From assembly GCA_964016885.1 (NCBI GenBank), contig OZ024743.1, forward strand, positions 339,450,001 to 339,514,000: DNA of 64,000 bases, in the 5' to 3' direction. A model generated the notes under the pieces. The model had not been told where the DNA came from. It was given only the letters and a program-made list of their open reading frames with translations, and did no database searches. Shown piece by piece: positions 10,101-21,586 of the stretch; position 1 is the first letter of the stretch; each line of letters begins with the position of its first letter. Both the position numbers and the translations under genes were made by a program. This DNA comes from Eledone cirrhosa. Taxonomy: Eukaryota.

Positions 10101-10710
10101 ATTTTAGCTCACTCTACACACACAGATATATATATATAACTTTTATAGGTTTCGGCCAGTGTTGACCAAGACCATGTCTAACTTAATAACACCACACACA
10201 CTAATATATATATTGTTATACTTTGGGAGAGTCATGATGGCAATAAAACACACACATCTATTGAGTTTCACTTTAGTTTATTATTATTTGTTCAGTAACT
10301 AATTCATTTCTTGGTAAGTTTAGTAACCGCGTGATTGTTCAATTATCAAAGCTGTTTCATCACAGATCTTGTCACCTTCTCAATGACTATTCTTGCTCCC
10401 CTGTGTCTCCTCTTTATTCTGATCTTGTATTTACCTCATCTTGTCTTTTTTTTACTGAACCCAGAACCAACAGGTTGTGAAGCAATCACCTTAACCACTC
10501 AACCAAGTCTGCACCTATATTCTAAGAGAAGTCTACATTAACAAGTTTATTTTGTAGTTTAATTCAGCAGATAGTTGCTGGCTGAGGTAGACTGTAATAT
10601 CTACTGAGGAACATATAAATAAATGCTGTGTGTTGGCTTGACTGAAAAATTATTAGAGGGAGACTCCTTGTTGTGGTGTCTGGGATTTTACCTCTCTCTC
10701 TCTATATATA

Positions 10711-11040
10711 TATCATCATCATCGTTTAACGTCCATGTTCCACGCTTGCATGGGTTTGGACGGGAGTTTTCCCACTTGAGGCAAGAGTGGTTGTCTTGCT
10801 CGCATAGGACTGTCTGGCGGGTTTTCTACGGTTGGATGCCCTTCCTAACACCAACCACATTTACAGTGTGGGGCTGGGAGGTTTTTACCGTGTTGCCTAC
10901 ATGGCCACATTACAGCATGGACTGTCTGGCGGGTTTTCTACAGCTGGATGCCCTTCCTAACACCAACCACATTTACAGTGTGGGGCTGGGAGGTTTTTAC
11001 CGTGTTGCCTACATGGCCACATTACAGCGTGGACTGTGTG
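10711..11040 (-). mobile_element. RTE-tailed SINE-like element with an internal 112-bp tandem repeat
   Basis: (CAT)n at the left end; units start at 10807, 10919 and 11031; GGATGCCCTTCCTAAC motif. Confidence 0.75.
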
Positions 11041-11067
11041 TTTTTTTATTTATATATATATATATAT

Positions 11068-11116
11068 ATCATCATCACCGTTTTACGTCCGTTCTTCCAT
11101 GCTAGCATGGGTTAGA
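11068..11116 (-). mobile_element. Short RTE 3'-tail fragment
   Basis: Near reverse complement of the 7708-7755 tail. Confidence 0.7.
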
Positions 11117-11197
11117 ATAAATCAGAATGGATGCAGTAAAAACCAGTTACACCATTACTCACCAGAGTACTCGATACGTGGGGTAGTAAAGTGGGTA

Positions 11198-11318
11198 ATA
11201 TGAAGGTTTTGGGACTCCGATGACTGAACTCCTGCCATTTCAACAGCTAGATGCGAACTAGTTTAGATCTAACTGTTGAAATGGCAGCTCAGTCGTCGGG
11301 GTCTCAAATCCTTCATAT
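11198..11318. repeat. Imperfect 121-bp inverted repeat (hairpin)
   Basis: ATATGAAGG..GGGACTCCGATGACTGA..CTGCCATTTCAACAG pairs with CTGTTGAAATGGCAG..TCAGTCGTCGGGGTCTC..CCTTCATAT; centre AACTAGTT. Confidence 0.85.
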
Positions 11319-11319
11319 A

Positions 11320-11650
11320 TCATCATCATCATCATCATCATCAGGTTTAGCGTCCGTGTTCCACGCTTGCATGGGTTTGGACGGGGGTTTTCCCACTTGA
11401 GGCAAGAGTGGTTGTCTTGCTCGCATAGGACTGTCTGGCGGGTTTTCTACAGTTGGGGGCTGGGAGGTTTTTACCGTGTTGCCTACACGGCCACATTACA
11501 GCGTGGACTGTCTGGCGGGTTTTCTACAGCTGGATGCCCTTCCTAACACCAACCACATTTACAGTGTGGGGCTGGGAGGTTTTTACCGTGTTGCCTACAC
11601 GGCCACATTTACAGCGTGGACTGTGTGTTTTTTGTCGTGACACCTACACG
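11320..11650 (-). mobile_element. Second copy of the RTE-tailed SINE-like element
   Basis: Near-identical to 10711-11040, with a deletion in the first 112-bp unit. Confidence 0.75.
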
Positions 11651-11813
11651 ATCTCATTTGTTTCGGCCTGGATGTTGTGGGACCAACATAACTGTACATT
11701 GAAAGGGGCGGTGTGGATGGGGTGGAGGTGGTGGGACGGGGGGGTGTTTTGATAGAGATGCCTACTGACTGTAGTAGGTTTTTACTTTGTATTTAGGTAA
11801 GGCGGGTCTTCTC

Positions 11814-11864
<51 letters not shown>

Positions 11865-11866
<2 letters not shown>

Positions 11867-11918
11867 CCCACCCTTGCAAGCAGGGAAAAGTGGACGTAAA
11901 ATGATGATGATGATGATG
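11865..11918 (+). mobile_element. Very short RTE 3'-tail insertion
   Basis: CCTTGCAAGCAGGGAAAAGTGGACGTAAAATGATGATG matches the tail at 9730-9777. Confidence 0.75.
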
Positions 11919-12489
11919 AGAGAGATGATTGTAGCAGCAGACAAGCAATCCTAGCAAAAGGAGTGCAGTAACTCCAACAGACCAGAGACCATACATAGAT
12001 GTGATAGAGACTGTCATTCACACATAACCGCAGGAGATGCTGCTCCTGCAAGAGCAGACAGCAACTGGGAAACCACCTATAGTCAGCCTTGACCGAAGAA
12101 GGTCCTCTATATATGAGAGAGAAAGGACCAATCAACTACTGGGGTCAATATAATCAAATTCCCTCTTCCCACAAATTGTTGACCTTGAGCCTAAATAAGA
12201 CATTATATATGAATTATTGTGACCTCCCCCAAAATAACTTAAGGTAGTCGGCAGAGTAAGAGATTTAGGGTGCTATCCCCCCCCCCCCCCAACACACACA
12301 CATGAAAGGCGAAACATGTAAAGGTTATGGTGGAGGGGTTGGAGTTATTGAAAAGTAAGATTGTCCCAATTATTTCCCACCCAGTCTTTTTAAGGATATC
12401 CAACGTGTCCTTCCTTTTTTAAGATGCTGGGTAACTCTGGAGTAACGTTACTCGATATATTGTGTAGTTCGGAGATCAGGGTGTTGCTC

Positions 12490-12703
12490 CAGGTTAGAGC
12501 CATTAATTCTCCGCATCGAGAGAGCAGGCAGTTGCTCCAGGTAGAGCCGCTACTTCTCCGCATCGAGGTACCAGGTGGAGCCGCTACTTCTCCGCATCGA
12601 GGTACCAGGTGGAGCCGCTACTTCTCCGCATCGAGGTACCAGGTGGAGCCGCTACTTCTCCGCATCGAGGTACCAGGTAGAGCCGCTACTTCTCCGCATC
12701 GAG
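12490..12703. repeat. 34-bp GC-rich minisatellite (~5 copies plus a degenerate upstream copy)
   Basis: CAGGT(G/A)GAGCCGCTACTTCTCCGCATCGAGGTAC starts at 12538, 12572, 12606, 12640 and 12674. Confidence 0.95.
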
Positions 12704-12709
12704 AGATAA

Positions 12710-12900
12710 TAGCTTCGTTACTACGCACACATGGTTAGAATGTCTAAGGAAAGAATTACTGGACTGATTTTACGGGCAAAGTCAACCAGCAGGAGACACA
12801 GAGGTAGACCACGAACATGCTGGTTGGATAACAATCATAAGCTCAGTTGATGTCACTTGGAGACCAACTTCAGGCGGATCATTTGGAGACGGTTGCTTGC
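12710..12900 (+). pseudogene. Decayed LINE (RTE-like) C-terminal fragment
   Basis: LRYYAHMVRM and RRHRGRPRTCWLD-like translations. Confidence 0.5.
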
Positions 12901-13744
12901 TTCTGATAAGATGTGGAGATTTGGCTGTTATTTCTAGTATCTCTAGTGAGACGAATTAATTCGTGGAAAATAGTAGAGAGTAATATGAAGCACAAAATAG
13001 CCAAAATAAAAATAGAAGTTTTGAAACATGTTCTTTGCAGAATTGTAAATCTCCTTGTTCAAAACATAGAATTCAGAAGAAAAAAAAGTTACGGACATTT
13101 ACATGTGGGTATTTATATCGAAACTTGCGTTATCCTTTATTTAATTTAAATAACTAACAAGATTCATTGTTGAAAAACAAAACAAAAAAAAATAAACCAA
13201 CTGATTAATAATTATTTCTCAAAAATGACTTGACCTTACCTCAAAGGACAGCATTGTATTACACCGGCGGTGTAACAGCAATAAACACATTCATCGTTAT
13301 CATTCCGGCTGAGTTGCCGGTGAGAAGCGTTAAACCGTAAAACCATATGAAAGTGAGTCGAGGTAAGAGGTAATGTATAGAAGTTTATTCAACAAATTTC
13401 AGTTAAATTATGTGCTATGTTAGCAATAAAATTCTCTAAATTAAATAATAAAAGTAGGGTGAAGTAGGAGGGGGTTGTAGTCTCTGCACGCCAATATAAA
13501 CGATATATTTCAGCTGTTAGTGTATTGGTGGTCTTATGGGTAGTTTAGGTTGTATTTATACATTCTGAATGTACAGATGGAATTAGGATTTCATCCTATG
13601 TTAGACATTAAGTAGTTTTTATTTTCAATTATTTAAAATCAATTAGCGAGTCTTCTTCTCCTTTCCACGTATTGGATGTTGCAGTAAAGGTGAGGGTTAC
13701 TGCACCGGTAGCTTAATGGAATAAAATTCTAAAATATCAGGAAT

Positions 13745-14303
13745 TATCGGCGCCAGCATCAGGGCCACTCTCAATATGAGGGGCTCCATCCTCTGTGTGT
13801 CCTGAATACAGCAACTGTTCTCCGGATGAAAGTATCAGCTGTCCTATCTCTAACCACCTTGTCTCACTCAATCTTAGTACTCCTATCTTGTAGTTCTTCA
13901 TCTCCCTCGCTACTTGAACGGTCTTTCCTGTTTCATGTAGAAATTTTTGTTGTCTTGGGTGTGAGAAGGGTGGGAGTCGCCTGGCAGTTTCCTCTCGGCT
14001 TTCATTGCGCTGCGTCGTATCTCTCCAAGATGGAGACCCTTCCTCTTCAATACCTGTCTGAGGCGCATGCACAACATCAAATGGCTGAAGATCAATAGAT
14101 GATCTGTGGGAGCGAGCGGGACAGGGACAGTGGCAAAGCAGATTCTGCGGAGGAAGTGGAACTGGATTGGACATACCCTCAGGAAACCAGCATGTGGAAT
14201 CCAACTGGAGTGGAGTAGTGAGAGCAGCCCAGGATCGTGTATGATAGCTAAGGGTTGTCAATGACCGATGCTTCACAGAAAGCGACTGGGCTGAATGAAT
14301 GAA
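13745..14303. mobile_element. Rearranged RTE LINE: endonuclease fragment on the - strand joined to a 3' end on the + strand with a (TGAA)n tail
   Basis: Minus: ETGKTVQVAREMKNYKIGVLRLSETRW..LLYSGH. Plus: FNTCLRR..LRRKWNWIGHTLRKP, then TGAATGAATGAA. Confidence 0.75.
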
Positions 14304-14304
14304 A

Positions 14305-14516
14305 GGCAACAAAGTGGCAGAGTCGTTGGAGCCTTGGATAGAATGCTTTGTGGTATTCTCTCCGGGTCTCGGCTCTCGGTGTTCAAATCCCGCCGAGGTC
14401 AACTTAGCCAAATCACGTACGAATAGCTTATTAATACGCCAAGCAAGTAGCTTGGCTACACCTTTCATCCTTTCGATGTCGATGAAAAAAAGTATCAGTC
14501 TAGTACTGGAGTCAAT
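14305..14516 (+). mobile_element. tRNA-derived SINE
   Basis: A-box-like TGGCAGAGTCG, B-box GTTCAAATCC, body CCGAGGTCAAC..CCTTTCATCCTTTCG; related copy at 23190-23310. Confidence 0.65.
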
Positions 14517-14782
14517 TCTTCTTCCATATCTCTTCTTCACTTCCACACTCTCTATCCTTCTCTGGAAGAAATCTTCTGTGTTCAGACTTGGAGAGAGATG
14601 GGCGCCACCAGGCTTAAAATGCTCAAGAAACGCCGTGTGCAACTACGGCGCCCATGTAACTCCATCAGGAGTTTACGTGACCATACCATATATTTAAGGG
14701 GGGTAATGATAAATATTAGTTTAATAATGTGGTGGTTTGCTTGGTTTATTGTGATGGTTTAGTAAGGGTGCGAAGATGAGTC

Positions 14783-15785
14783 TTTAGGAGATTAGTATCG
14801 GTGTACATATATGCATTATCAGAAATGACAATAAATGCCGGTGTGTGTTGTGACAAGGTTTTTACTTCACAGAAGTCAAAGGGATTAATATAAATAAATC
14901 ATTACCCGTGGGTCACAACTCCTAGGCTGAAGTGTGTGGAGAAGAACAGAGATCTTGTAGCAGAATGGGAGTTGTGGTCGCCAGTGTGGTAAAATGATGG
15001 TATCCTCGTTGGATTGTCTTGTCGACATAGACGTGAGGGAAGGTGCCTCGTCTATTTACCATCTTTGTATTTACAATATTCCTTTCGTCAGGTCGCCAAT
15101 TCCAGCAGCATGGATTATATATTTCATTGAGACACGAGTAACATAATAATGATGTCAACAGCAGAAATTAGAGATGAAATGTATGTTTATTTTTGATCTA
15201 GCACAAACAATGTTTGTTAACTTATATGGTTGAAGTTACACATAAAAATGAGGTTACAAAAGGGAATGTGCCATTGCGCCGGAAAGCGGCAGGCTAAGGT
15301 GGGTAATCTCACCGTCACATTGTACGTGTTGCTGGTTCGAAGTTCCTGGTGCGAGAGAGTGATTCTTCAAATCTTTTCGGGTAATTTCTCCCTCAGGGCG
15401 CGTAGGGATACATCCTCTTCTACTGGCGCTGATTGGCTGAACTGAGCCAAATCACGCACAGAGAATGTATGTGAGCCCGCGGAATGTAGGTCACTACAAT
15501 CTTCTCTTGGACGTTTTAACATCTTCTTAGGCTGCCGGTGGCATTCTTCTTTAGTGGCGAAGGATTATGAGATAGGAATCATCTCATGACAAGGTCGCAG
15601 GTGTTGTTAACACTTTGGGATTCAGGAGGCGAGAGAGAGAGATCGCCCTGACCTGTCCCTTTTATAGGGTCCGGCCGGAAGTGACAAAAAGGGTTCTATC
15701 ATCCCAACGGGAAGTAACTCCAGCTACTTCCTGTCTAGAGAGCGGTGATGTGATTGTCATGACAAGGGAGGCAACTCTTGCTACA
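14783..15785 (-). repeat. 3' LTR of Gypsy-1 (456 bp, interrupted by a solo LTR); PPT-like GGCAGGAGATAA at 15786-15797
   Basis: Matches 21133-21586 apart from the insert. Confidence 0.95.
14956..15498. mobile_element. Nested solo LTR (543 bp), TSD ATCT
   Basis: TGTAG...CTACA termini; ATCT at 14952-14955 and 15499-15502; absent from the other LTR. Confidence 0.9.
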
Positions 15786-16728
15786 TTATCTCCTGCCAGA
15801 TTTTTAAAACTTAAAAATCGAATGAAACATGTATGGAGTAAAATGGCGTGCATGTAAGAGGCATGAAAATTATGAGAAAAAATAATGTTTGCAATAAAAG
15901 GAAAACAGCAAAATATATGCATGCAAAAATCAATGATAAATATCAAGGTAGCCAACCGCTCTTGGCCAGAGAACTATCTATCCATCACTCAAAGATACAA
16001 TGTAATCAAAGTAAGAGAAGAGATCAAAGTTCAAATGTTCAAAATACAGTTCACATGTGTGCAATCACATGACAGCAGGAAAGAATGTGTTCCAGAGAAT
16101 GAATGCAGGTGGTTTCTGGTCTGTGGTATAACGTGAAATTTCCAACTTCCGAAGGGAATTTCTCACAGGAAGAGTACTGCAGAAATAAATTCTCTAGCTT
16201 GTTCTGCTGGTTTTGGTTGTTGATGAAGCTGTGTTGCTGTTGTTGATGTTGTTGTCTCGCGGAGTGAGCGTATTCGATGTTTAAAATCACAGTAAAATTT
16301 TTCACAGAAAAATTGAGTTGCGCAAAGTGCTAGAAATAACAGCCAAAGTTGATATTCGATGTTGAGAATGCATTGACCTGGAAGGGTCAAGAGGCCAGCG
16401 ACCAGAGAAATAAGCATTCTGAATAAATGCGCAGTTTTCAACGGCAAATTTACGTGGTAAATTTTTAAACCGGCAAATAGAAGAATATAGCTTGGTGGAA
16501 AGAATAAGCAATAGTTGAGATTCAGCGAAAATAAGTGTTCATGTTGAAATGTGTAAAAAAAAATCAAATTTCTTTTTTTTTTTCCTTTTAAAATGTTCGT
16601 TGTAAGAAGAAACGAAAAACATATATATACATCCAGTGAAATGGTAATGAGAGGTACATAGTCATACAATAAATAAATAAATAAATAAAAAGAACAACAA
16701 AAAAAATAATAAGGCTCCAGTGGCCAGT

Positions 16729-19700
16729 TCACATAAAAATAGTTTGGCAGAACTTTTTGGGCCAGTGGACTCTCCGACCGGAACGGGTCGTCGTCTTGTA
16801 TGTAGGTGAAGGTGGGGCAGAAGGAGCAGGTGTATGCACAAGAGAGAAAGATTGGGGTATTTGTGGCTCGGGTGTATGAGCGTCATTGTGTGCCTTTTTT
16901 AGTCTATCCACCGAAATTGTCTCTCTGGACTCCTTAACGTCTACAGTGAAATGTTTGTCAGTACGTGCTAACACACGGTAGGGTCCAGAGTATGGTTGTG
17001 AGGGGTGGTCTCACAGCATCGTTCCTTATGAACACATGGGTCCACGAGGCAATATCCCTTGGGACCGCAGGTTGTACAGTTTGTTTCCTCGTATCCATCG
17101 GCGGCAGGTCCTGAAAATAAGACCGCAGACGGGATACGTAGGAAAGCGGATCTTGGAAAGCAAGATCAACAGGAGCAAGCATTTTGCCCAGGCAACGCTA
17201 GAGGTGCACCGTAAAGTAATTCGACCGGGGAGAACCCCAGGTCCTCCTTTATTGATGACCGAATTCCTAACAACACAATAGGAAGGTACTCGCTCCAACG
17301 TTGAGAGTCTGGAAAGGCGCGAAGAGCGGCCTTTAATTGGCGGTGGAATCGTTCCACCATTCTGTTTGAAGAAGGATGATAGGCTGTGGTCCGAATCCGT
17401 TGAGCTCCAATTATCTTTGTGAGCTCAGAGAAGAGATGGGACTCGAATTGTCTACCACGGTCTGTGGTGACTGTAGTTGGTACCCCAAAGCGGGTAATCC
17501 ACCCTGATACCAGGGCACGTGATACAGTTTCAGCAGTCATATCTTGTAAGGGGATGGCTTCAGGCCATCGCGAAAAACGATCGACACAGGTCAATATGTA
17601 TGAATATCCACTGCTGAATGGCCAAGGTCCAACGAGGTCAATGTGTATGTGCTGAAACCGAGCATCAGAAGTACTGAAAGTACCAAGTGGAGTCCGGATG
17701 TGTCTATGGATTTTCGATTTCTGGCAAGCGATGCAGGAACGGTACCAAGCAGCAATGTCGCGCCTCATATTTGGCCAGAAGAATCTGGCTGTTATGAGCT
17801 TTACTGTGGCAGCAGATCCTGGGTGAGAAATGTTGTACAAAGCCAGGAACACAATTCAACGGTGAGGCTCAGGAACAAGTGGTCGTGGTGAATCCGTAGA
17901 TACATCACATAGAATCTGCCTGTTGGTGGTGGACAAGGGCAGATATTTGAAAATGCAAGTCGCAAATTCAGCAGAAAGAGTGTCCAACGATTGGAGTGCA
18001 GGTTGGTCTGCAGCTAAACGACCTAAGTCGATCTCCTGGGATGACGAGATGGAGCTGATTGGCAAACGTGACAATGCGTCTGCCGCTATGTTGTGCGAGC
18101 CGGCAATGTGCTGGATATCGTTTGTAAATTGTGAAACGTAGTCCAGGTGTCTTGTCTCTCTGGGCGAATATCTGTCGGCTTTGGCCCTCAAAGCGAAGGT
18201 CAACGGTTTGTGGTCGGTAAAAACTGTAAAATTTCTCCCCTCAAGAATATGAGAGAAATGTTTCACCGACAGATATATGGCTAATAATTCCCGCCCAAAC
18301 GTGCTATAACGCGTTTCTGCTGGTTTCAGCTTCCCCGAGAAAAATGCCAAAGGTTGTTGCTTTTCAGCGTAGGACTGCTGTAAAACTGCTCCCACAGCGG
18401 TATCAGATGCATCAACACAAAGCGAAAGCTTGGCCTCTGGTACCGGGTGGGTACCAGCTTGGCAGTCTGGGAGTCTTGAAGCTGTTCTTGTGTCAAGGAA
18501 ATATCCTCATTCTTCTTTCGACGATTTTTAAAAATGTCAGTAAGGGAAGACAGCAAATTAGCACAATGAGGAACGAAACGCCTATAGAAATTGATTAGGC
18601 CTAAGAAGTGACGCAACTGGTGAAGTGAAGTAGGCGGAGGTAACTCCTGTATGGCTTGAACTCGCTGAGGGAGCGGCCTAATACCTTCGGCGTCGATGAG
18701 GTGGCCTAAAAAATTTAGGGAAGTGGAACCGAAAACACACTTTGCTGGATTCACACGAACGCGGTAATCCTGAAGTCGCCGAAATAAGAGATGCATGTGG
18801 CGCATATGCTCTTCAGGAGAGAAACTAGCGACGAGAATATCGTCTATGTAAGCATAAACGAAGTCCAGACCACGAGTGACCTCGTCTATGAACCGCTGAA
18901 AAGTGGTAGCGGCGTTCCTGAGTCCGAAAGGCATGGTAAAAAATTCGAAGGATCCGAAAGGGGTTGTAATCGCCGTTTTCGGAATATCCTCCTTCCTGAC
19001 CGGAATTTGGTGGTAGGCTCGCACTAGATCTAGCTTTGAAAAAATCTTACACCCCTGCAGTGAAGATGCAAAATCCTGGAGATGGGGAATGGGATACCTA
19101 TCCGGGACGGTCATGGCATTTAACCTCCTATAATCCCCAGTGGGTCTCCAGTCGCCGGAAGTCTTGGGCACCATGTGTAACGGTGAAGCCCAAGGACTCG
19201 TAGATGGGCGAATAATGCCCAGCTGCAGCATATGGTCGAACTCGGACCGTGCTGCCTTTAATTTTTCCGTCGGTAAGCGGCGTGGACGCGAAAACACTGG
19301 AGCACCGGTGGTGGAAACGAAATGTTCGGTTGAGTGTGTTGGCTCAGTGACTCGAAAATTTCCATCCGTGAGCTCCGGGAAAGAACCCAGCAACGAATGG
19401 TAGGTGTCTCCAGCGGCAGCGATAAAGAATATGGGGCTGACTATTGGAGCATTGGCTTCCTGACCACGAATTGAAAAGCCGGAGATGTTGTCCACCAGGC
19501 GTTGGCCACGGACGTCCACAGTTAAAGAGAAGTTGTGTAGGAAATCCGCTCCTAAGATGGGGTATGGCAAATCGGCAACCGTAAAAATCCACTTAAAATC
19601 CCTACGAAGATTTAGGAATTTGAGAGGAAGCGAGATTTGCCCGTACGTCTTTATCGACGAGTGGTTAACTGCCTGCAGCGTAACAGATGACTCTATGGGG

Positions 19701-19850
19701 GTATCTTTCAGGCAATGGACCGACCAAATACTACAGGAGGCTCCTGTATCCACGAGGAAACCTCTTCCCGACATTAGGTCCTTAATGAAGAAATGGCGGT
19801 TTGGTGGCTTTATGTTGAGGTCAACTGTCCCCATCAGCGGACCTCTTAGA
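16729..19850 (-). pseudogene. pol: Gypsy-1 pol (protease, RT, RNase H, integrase with GPY/F module), frameshifted
   Basis: FLVDTGAS; [34 protein letters not shown]; TDHKPL, ADALSR; SHPG..CIAC, HIDLVGP, TDRGRQF, VERFHR; TRSGRRV. Confidence 0.95.
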
Positions 19851-20636
19851 CGTTTCCCGCCTTATGAAAGGAGCAAGGTTGCACGCAGTGATTCGCGCTC
19901 TCAGCAAATCGCTCGTGGTACCAGCATAAAGACGAAGCTGGTGATTTTGAACGACGTCTAAAACTTTGCGATCTCCCGCGACTGCGGGGGCGCGGACGGG
20001 CACCACACAAGGCCTTCATCTTGTAGAGCTCTATGGTGAGTTCCTGAATGGACCTTTGCATCGCCATAATGGTTGAGCTGTCTATTGGCGCTGCCGCGTA
20101 GATGGCATGGCCGAGTGTGGCCCGAGCTGGGTGGTGAACAGCGGCAAGGGGTTCGCTGCCTCCGGCACTCGTCACCTCGAAAACTTTGTCCGCATAGGCG
20201 GCAAGCTGATCCACCGTGCTTGTATCTCTCATGAGGGCCAAAATTGCCTGTACGTTGGTCGGCAGGCGCGAGAAGAACAACTGCTTCAGCAGGGCAGTTT
20301 CCGCTACCGACCCCTCCGTTAGGTCCTTCATTCGCCTTAGGAGATTCGATGGGGTGCCATTCCCTATATGCTCCAGATGGATCAAAGCCATAAACCTTTT
20401 TTCTGCAGACTGTTCTGTTCGGCTGAGTGTTTCAGCCTTCAGAGACGTGTACGCCGAGTCTGTGGGTGTCTCTAACACCAGGTCCTTAATTGCTGGGAGA
20501 ATTGCGGAATTGCACTAAGGACCAGAGGACGTTGTAGTTCCTCGTCAACTCTGTTCGCCTTGAAAAATGCTTCGAGTTGGGCAAACCATAGCCTTACGTC
20601 GCCCGTGTACGTTGGCAGAACACAGTGAGAAGCCAT
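19846..20636 (-). pseudogene. gag: Gypsy-1 gag (interrupted near its 5' end)
   Basis: MASHCVLPTYTGDVRLWFAQLEAFF.., PSNLLRRM, FFSRLP, Arg/Ser-rich tract, CWYH..C..PC knuckle. Confidence 0.85.
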
Positions 20637-21111
20637 TGGTATACCGTAGGTAATTTACCAAGAACAAAAAATAAAATAATAATCGTCTCCGTTTGGAAAA
20701 ATGTCTCCAACACAACAGAAAAGGAAAACAAAATCGCTTATTTTTCTCTGTCAAACCACTGGACCGGAAAAATAATGCATCCGGGACAATATGCAAAGAA
20801 GCGACTAACTGAATGATGTTATTACTAAGGTAAGGGCAAGGAACTTAAAACAAAATCCAACATGGCGGACTATTTCGCGCCAAAAACACTAATGATGGAG
20901 AAGAGAGCCCCCATCTTGTCATCCTCAAAATTTTTAGCCAGAGAAGAGCAGAAAAGGAGGTGAGAAAAAAAGGCAAAAACATTCATACAATTGCTCTTTG
21001 TTTGTGTGTCAATAACTGTAGGTGTTCGTTTTGTATTAAATTTTTTTCTTTTTACTTTTTTCTTCTTTTTTTTTTATATACACCTACTATTTCCCATTTT
21101 ATTTTTTTTTA

Positions 21112-21131
21112 AATCACGTCGGGGGTCACCA
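21112..21131 (-). promoter_or_regulatory. Primer-binding site, tRNA-Trp
   Basis: The + strand AATCACGTCGGGGGTCACCA matches the metazoan tRNA-Trp 3' end (one extra G), 1 nt from the LTR. Confidence 0.9.
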
Positions 21132-21132
21132 C

Positions 21133-21586
21133 TTTAGGAGATTAGTATCGGTGTACATATATGCATTATCAGAAATGACAATAAATGCCGGTGTGTGTTG
21201 TGACAAGGTTTTTACTTCACAGAAGTCAAAGGGATTAATATAAATAAATCATTACCCGTGGGTCACAACTCCTAGGCTGAAGTGTGTGGAGAAGAACAGA
21301 GATCTTCTCTTGGAGGTGTTAACATCTTCTTAGGCTGCCAGTGGCATTCTTCTTGAGTGGCAAAGGATTATGAGAGAGGAATCATCTCATGACAAGGTCG
21401 CAGGTGTTGTTAACACTTTGGGATTCAGGAGGCGAGAGAGAGATCGCCCTGATCTGTCCCTTTTATAGGGTCCGGCCGGAAGTGACAAAAAGGGTTCTAT
21501 CACCCCAACGGGAAGTAACTCCAGCTACTTCCTGTCTAGAGAACGGTGATGTGATTGTCATGACAAGGGAGGCAACTCTTGCTACA
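21133..21586 (-). repeat. 5' LTR of Gypsy-1 (454 bp)
   Basis: TGTAG...CTAAA on the - strand, adjacent to the PBS. Confidence 0.95.

Larger units (their letters stand above)
14783..21586 (-). mobile_element. Full-length Ty3/Gypsy LTR retrotransposon (Gypsy-1), coding region frameshifted, 4-bp TSD AGTC
   Basis: Paired LTRs; AGTC at 14779-14782 and 21587-21590; PBS; PPT; gag-PR-RT-RH-IN order. Confidence 0.95.

Noticed and set aside
10345-10387. Hammerhead-like motif on the - strand (TTGAGAAG..GAAACAGCT)
   Set aside because: The core and stems are too degenerate to call.
12089-12130. Possible hammerhead half (CCGAAGA + GGTCCT/AGGACC stem)
   Set aside because: No GAAA or stem III after stem II; it runs into SINE-like sequence.
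12538-12703. CRISPR-like 34-bp repeats
   Set aside because: Head-to-tail units with no spacers, no cas genes, eukaryotic context.
13737-14642. 301-aa ORF as a host gene
   Set aside because: Chance read-through across an antisense SINE, an antisense RTE tail and a sense RTE endonuclease fragment.
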